From the NCBI GenBank assembly GCA_002269645.1, contig NIVC01000257.1, positions 124,001 to 188,000 of the forward strand: 64,000 nt of DNA, read 5' to 3'. Within the stretch, counting starts at the first letter, position 1. Each line of letters starts with the position of its first letter. This stretch comes from Macrostomum lignano. Its lineage: Eukaryota. The translations under genes were made by a program, and so were the position numbers. Shown piece after piece: positions 59,575 to 64,000 of the stretch. The notes under the pieces were generated by a model. It did not search any database, was not told the DNA's origin, and saw only the letters and a program-made list of their open reading frames with translations.

Positions 59575-60332
59575 TATCATTCCTGTCACTCCTGCTGGTC
59601 ACTCCTGCCGGTCACTCCTGCTGGTCACTCCTGCTGGTCACTCCTGCTGGTCACTCCTGCTGGTCACTCCTGCTGGTCACTCCTGCTGGTCACTCCTGCT
59701 GCTCACTCCTGCCGGTCACTCCTGCTGGTCACTCCTGCTGGTCACTCCTGCTGGTCACTCCTGCTGGTCACTCCTGCTGGTCACTCCTGCTGCTCACTCC
59801 TGCTGCTCACTCCTGCTGGTCACTCCTGCTGGTCACTCCTGCTGGTCACTCCTGCTGCTCACTCCTGCTGGTCACTCCTGCTGCTCACTCCTGCTGGTCA
59901 CTCCTGCTGCTCACTCCTGCTGGTCACTCCTGCTGCTCACTCCTGCTGGTCACTCCTGCTGCTCACTCCTGCTGCTCACTCCTGCTGGTCACTCCTGCTG
60001 GTCACTCCTGCTGGTCACTCCTGCTGCTCACTCCTGCTGCTCACTCCTGCTGGTCACTCCTGCTGCTCACTCCTGCTGGTCACTCCTGCTGGTCACTCCT
60101 GCTGGTCACTCCTGCTGCTCACTCCTGCTGCTCACTCCTGCTGGTCACTCCTGCTGGTCACTCCTGCTGGTCACTCCTGCTGGTCACTCCTGCTGGTCAC
60201 TCCTGCTGGTCACTCCTGCTGGTCACTCCTGCTGCTCACTCCTGCTGCTCACTCCTGCTGGTCACTCCTGCTGGTCACTACTGCTGATCACTCCTGCTGG
60301 TCACTCCTGCTGGTCACTACTGCTGATCACTC
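59575..60332. repeat. Minisatellite, 13-bp unit GGTCACTCCTGCT / GCTCACTCCTGCT
   Basis: About 58 copies directly 3' of the FAX-like gene. Confidence 0.96.
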
Positions 60333-61479
60333 GATGCTTCCTCATTGTCCTCGGTCGGCAGCTTCGGTAGCAGCCGTCAGTCCGCAGCAGTTTTTCATTC
60401 GGCTGCACATTGGCCACACAGAATTCGTCCCAATCGGGCCAGATTATGCGCTTCAGCCTGTCCAGGTAGGGCCCCAGATTCTTGGCTTCCGTCTCCATCA
60501 CCGCTTTGTGCGGCGGCTTCAAAGGCGAATACCTGGAATGGTCGAAGGCAGTTTCTTGTGCTAAATAATCTTCATATTCCACCGGTGAAGTGCTGAGTAA
60601 TGAATCTCAAGAACCTGAGGCCTGGGTTCGATTCTTTACAGACAAAAGGTTGTGCTGTAAACAGATTAATGAATGATATGGACAATATGATTCAAAACTC
60701 TCGGCTTCTGGAGTCAAGAATGTTCTGCAAATGGCACGGGGCCAATTGCGATGGCACAGAGTCAGAGTACACCTTGTGTGAGTCCGGTGCGTATATGCGA
60801 ACGCGCGTACTTTTGCCCTTGGTCAAATCCCTCACCAGATCTGCGCCAGGTGCGAGAACACGGCGCAATCGACAACCGTGGGCGCCTCGCCGCCCATCAG
60901 GAACTGCTTGTCACCGAGCAGGCCAGACAGAGCCCGGATGTCGTCGCAGCCCATGGCGTGAATCTCCTCTACTGTGTTCCGGCCGATCCCGTGGCCCTCC
61001 AGCCGGGATCTGTAGTTGCGCGGAATTGTCCGGGACGCGATGGCGCGCTTTACCGCGCCCATTCCCTCCCACATCTCGAAGAAGATGGGAGCTTCCGGAC
61101 CGAGCATCCGGTAGTGGCTGTACGACCACACCAGGTGGTTGTCCACCATGGCCTCCACCATGCTGGACACGGCCTGCTGCTCGGCAGTCAGGTCGTCCAG
61201 CTTGTTGAACTTGGCCGCCAGCTCCTTGATGATGAAGCTGGACTCGTTGATCTCTCTGCCGTCAACTTCAACGAACGGCACCTGGCCCTTCTTGCTCCAG
61301 TGGCTGTAGCTGCGAATAGCCTCGTACTCGATGCCATTGAGCCTCAGCCAGGACTCCACCTTCAGAGCGAACGGCGATATTGTTGGGCAGCACCGGACGC
61401 TGGGAAAGGTGAACAGGTACACTTTGCCAGGCTTGTAGTTTGGAATCCTTGGTCCGCTGCTGCTGGTCAGGTTGCCCAT
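60301..61479 (-). CDS. FAXC: Failed-axon-connections / CDR family protein (GST-like, metaxin-like fold), 2 exons, ~291 aa as read
   Basis: Exons 61479-60836 and 60532-60301 (phase 2; TG|GTGAG...TTCCAG|G). Motifs: SPFALKVESWLRLNGIEYE, SKKGQVPFVEVDG, ESSFII, GHGIGR, LGDKQFLMG..PTVVDCAVFSHLAQIW, NLGPYLDRLKRIIWPDW. Confidence 0.9.
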
Positions 61480-61855
61480 TGTTCCTGCTGATCCTGTTGT
61501 GAATATTGACTGAGCGATAGCAACAAAATTGCAGGTCTATACGAGTATGCGGGTTATTACGGTCCGGTCGGGCCCTGGCTTTATTTCATTCTTCTTTACC
61601 TCAAGACCCTCCAATTCCGCTGCAAGCCACCCCATTTGCATCTCTTTTTTTCTCGGAGTGTATTTTTGCGACTCAGTCCCTGAGCACGCGTATGCGCAGT
61701 GCATTGATATCTAGGCTATCGCTATAGCAAGATAAAGTAGTTTGCGCAAGCCACTCTATAAGCTGGAGGGTGCATGCGATTGTCCATTGTTGAATAGTAA
61801 GTGATGCACTGATAATCTGCGAAGTTCTTTAGTGTCCTCAGACTCAGCATCTGGA

Positions 61856-61980
61856 GTGGAGTATGATGGCCAAGTCGTGGAGTCCCTCCAGATCAAGTGT
61901 CTGGAGTGGGGTCTGATAGGCGTGGTGGAGTCCCTCCAGATCAAGTGTCTGGAGTGGGGTCTGATAGGCGTGGAGTCCTC
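61856..61980. repeat. 48-bp tandem duplication
   Basis: GTGGAGTCCCTCCAGATCAAGTGTCTGGAGTGGGGTCTGATAGGCGTG at 61877 and 61925. Confidence 0.88.
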
Positions 61981-62601
61981 AGATTTAGTATCTGACTCGC
62001 AATCATCGCCTTATTGGGGAGGCAACAAAGAAAGGAATAAAAAAATCGAGTAAAATCCATGTAGCTTTCGACCTTGCTATTCTTAAAGAAAATGTTGCTT
62101 ACAGCAAAAAGCATCAGCTCAGAGAGCCAGATATCTAGCCTAGGATATCAGCATCCTCTGAGAGCTTTGGCACCCAAGCCTCCCTTTAAGCCATGGCTGA
62201 ACCCTATAACTCTGCCTTTGATCTGCCTTTGGCTTGGCCTACCAACTTCTAATTGACCTTTGACATCCCTTGACATGAGCACAGCATTTAAGCAACCCCC
62301 CATTGAGCTTTGACGATTCAGTAATGCTCACCAAGAGTCACAGAATTTCAGCAATTTCCACCCCCGAGTTTGACATCTCAGAAACTCCCACATGAGCCTT
62401 GATATCTCAACGATTCTCCCCAAAAGTCACAGCATCATAGCCATTTTCCCAGCCTTCCAGTCATGAGTCTTCGATGGTCGGCAGGACGCTTCTTTAATAT
62501 TTAAAATGACGCACTTTTTTGTTTGACAAGACGCTATTTTTTCTTGACAAGACGATATTTTGTGTTTGACAGGACCATTTGACTTGACTTACTTAACTGC
62601 A

Positions 62602-63090
62602 GGACAGTCCGAAGACGCAGCGGGGAGGCGATCGCCGCCCTTTCCGCTAAACCCTGGTGACCCGCTTCGGCTATGGTGCAGGGCCCAGTCAGGGCGGTAC
62701 GCCGGTTCGTCCTGCAGCGTTTTCTTCGTTGGGGAAGAAAAAGGCTTGTCTAGTTGCCCGAAGAAACCGGACGAGCCGTGGGATGTTCTCGGGTCTGCAA
62801 GCGTCATCGATAGATGGGTTTGGACCGAGGTGGTTTAGCCGCTCTCTAGTGAAGAACGGACTGCTTTCTCCGGGGTGACATCCGGAATGAACTGTGCCAC
62901 TTTGGCGGCTATGACAACGAAGTGCTGGGCATCAAGGATTCAATGCCATCGGTCACTTGCTTCTGCACGTGTGCTTGATGGAGATACGGATAGTTTGATC
63001 CTGGCATTGGTTATGGCCGACCCGGAAACGGCTCCTAAGGAGACGTTTAAAGAATTGGTTGAGTGCGGTGTATTAGACACAGGCAATTAT
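62602..63090 (+). pseudogene. Exon-like reading frame interrupted by one TAG; unknown family
   Basis: The frame of ORFs 62560..62838 and 62875..63159 is open except for TAG 62836-62838. It is bounded by TTACTTAACTGCAG (acceptor-like) and G|GTAGGT (donor-like). Confidence 0.3.
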
Positions 63091-63119
63091 GGTAGGTTGC
63101 TACGCCTAATATTAATTAG

Positions 63120-63750
63120 TAGTAAGAAAAACAAATTTATCATTATAAGCTATATCTAACGAGATTTTGTGAACGATATATTTTTTAGTTTAGCGACATG
63201 TTTCGCCACACAAGTGGCATCGTCAGGCGATGAGTTATGGATAGGTTAAACGAAAACCGCGCGAAAATATAAGTGGATAAGAGTAAGAGGGTAAAGGCTA
63301 ACAAAAGTGGTGGTGGGTGAACGCACAGAACAAGAAAAGACAGGTCAGAAAATCTTTAAATATAAACTAGTGCCTCCGTTAAATAGCTGGCTGTTGAGGG
63401 TGGGTTTAAGCTCTTTTATGTACAATGCTTCTAAAGTTGGCAGCTTTCCACTGTATTGACTGTTGTCAATAATACTGAATTGGTCAATATGCTTGCGTTG
63501 GGTACATTGGTGGCACACAAGAAGGTGATCATGTACAGCGGACACTTTTCTGAAATGTTCCTTCGCTCTTGTGTGAAGGTGTCGCTCTGTTTTACCAATG
63601 TAAAACTGGCTGTGCTCAGCAGCGCACGAAAATTTGTAAAAGACACCAGCACGTAGCGGCTTAGGAATAGTAGTACATTTGGGGTTTTGAGTAAATTGAC
63701 CAACTTTCATGCTGGAGAAGCTTAACCGACATTAACATGAGCTTCTCCAC
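63120..63750 (-). mobile_element. 3' end of a Penelope-like retroelement (GIY-YIG endonuclease ORF 63710-63345 plus 3' non-coding/pseudo-LTR region)
   Basis: VFYKFSC..FYIGKTERHLHTRAKEH..SAVHDHL..LEALYIKELKPTLNSQ is the PLE GIY-YIG signature; no RT upstream (5' truncated). Boundaries approximate. Confidence 0.88.
63191..63230 (-). ncRNA. Minimal type I hammerhead ribozyme of the Penelope-like element
   Basis: The - strand reads TCGC-CTGACGA-T-GCCAC(TTGT)GTGGC-GAAAC-AT-GTC-GCTA: core CUGANGA/GAAA, perfect 5-bp stem II, palindromic stem III (ACAUGU), GUC cleavage triplet, stem I with one mismatch. Confidence 0.8.
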
Positions 63751-64000
63751 TACTCATCCTAAGGTTGATCTCTACTCATAATTCCCATTTGGTCATTGGC
63801 GGTTGACTTCAATCGTTCTCTATTGTCTGTCTGTTTATGTTGTTTTGCTCGCAAAATATGCGCTATCGAATGTATGTGCAAGAATTTGATTTCCGTCTTT
63901 CTTTTTTCTCAATGTATTTTTTTCTTGGATGATAGTGGGGTTAGTACTAGGCTTAGTACTAGACTCATTATAGAAGGCGATAAGAATCTTATGAACTATG

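Noticed and set aside
1-60332. Regular repeats suggesting CRISPR arrays
   Set aside because: Units are head-to-tail with no unique spacers, there are no cas genes, and the context is eukaryotic.
62985-63015. DGDTDS resembling the family B DNA polymerase YGDTDS motif
   Set aside because: It lacks the Tyr/aromatic context and all other polymerase motifs; too short to support a Polinton call.

Overview
Animal (eukaryotic) genomic DNA with GT-AG spliced genes. It has GC-rich exons full of poly-Ala/Gln/Gly runs and introns packed with minisatellites; this style is reminiscent of the flatworm Macrostomum (inference only). Six protein-coding loci can be reconstructed by eye: (1) an intronless, divergent non-RD AGC-like Ser/Thr kinase (-); (2) a 7-exon MATE/SLC47 transporter (-); (3) a ~13 kb SAM-RhoGAP-START (DLC1/cv-c family) gene (+) whose SAM exons join the rest only if a 1-nt frame break at ~17175 is corrected; (4) an intronless orphan with signal peptide and GPI-like tail (+); (5) a 9-exon nicotinic acetylcholine receptor alpha subunit (-); (6) a 2-exon FAX/CDR (GST/metaxin-like) gene (-). 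The window also holds one intact tRNA-Glu(CTC), two copies of a tRNA-derived SINE with a CORE-like body, a hAT-type MITE with TIRs and an 8-bp TSD plus a decayed relative, three LINE fragments, and the 3' end of a Penelope-like element. That element carries a GIY-YIG ORF and a minimal hammerhead ribozyme. About 36 unrelated tandem arrays cover roughly a third of the window and explain most long ORFs in the supplied track; none is a CRISPR array.
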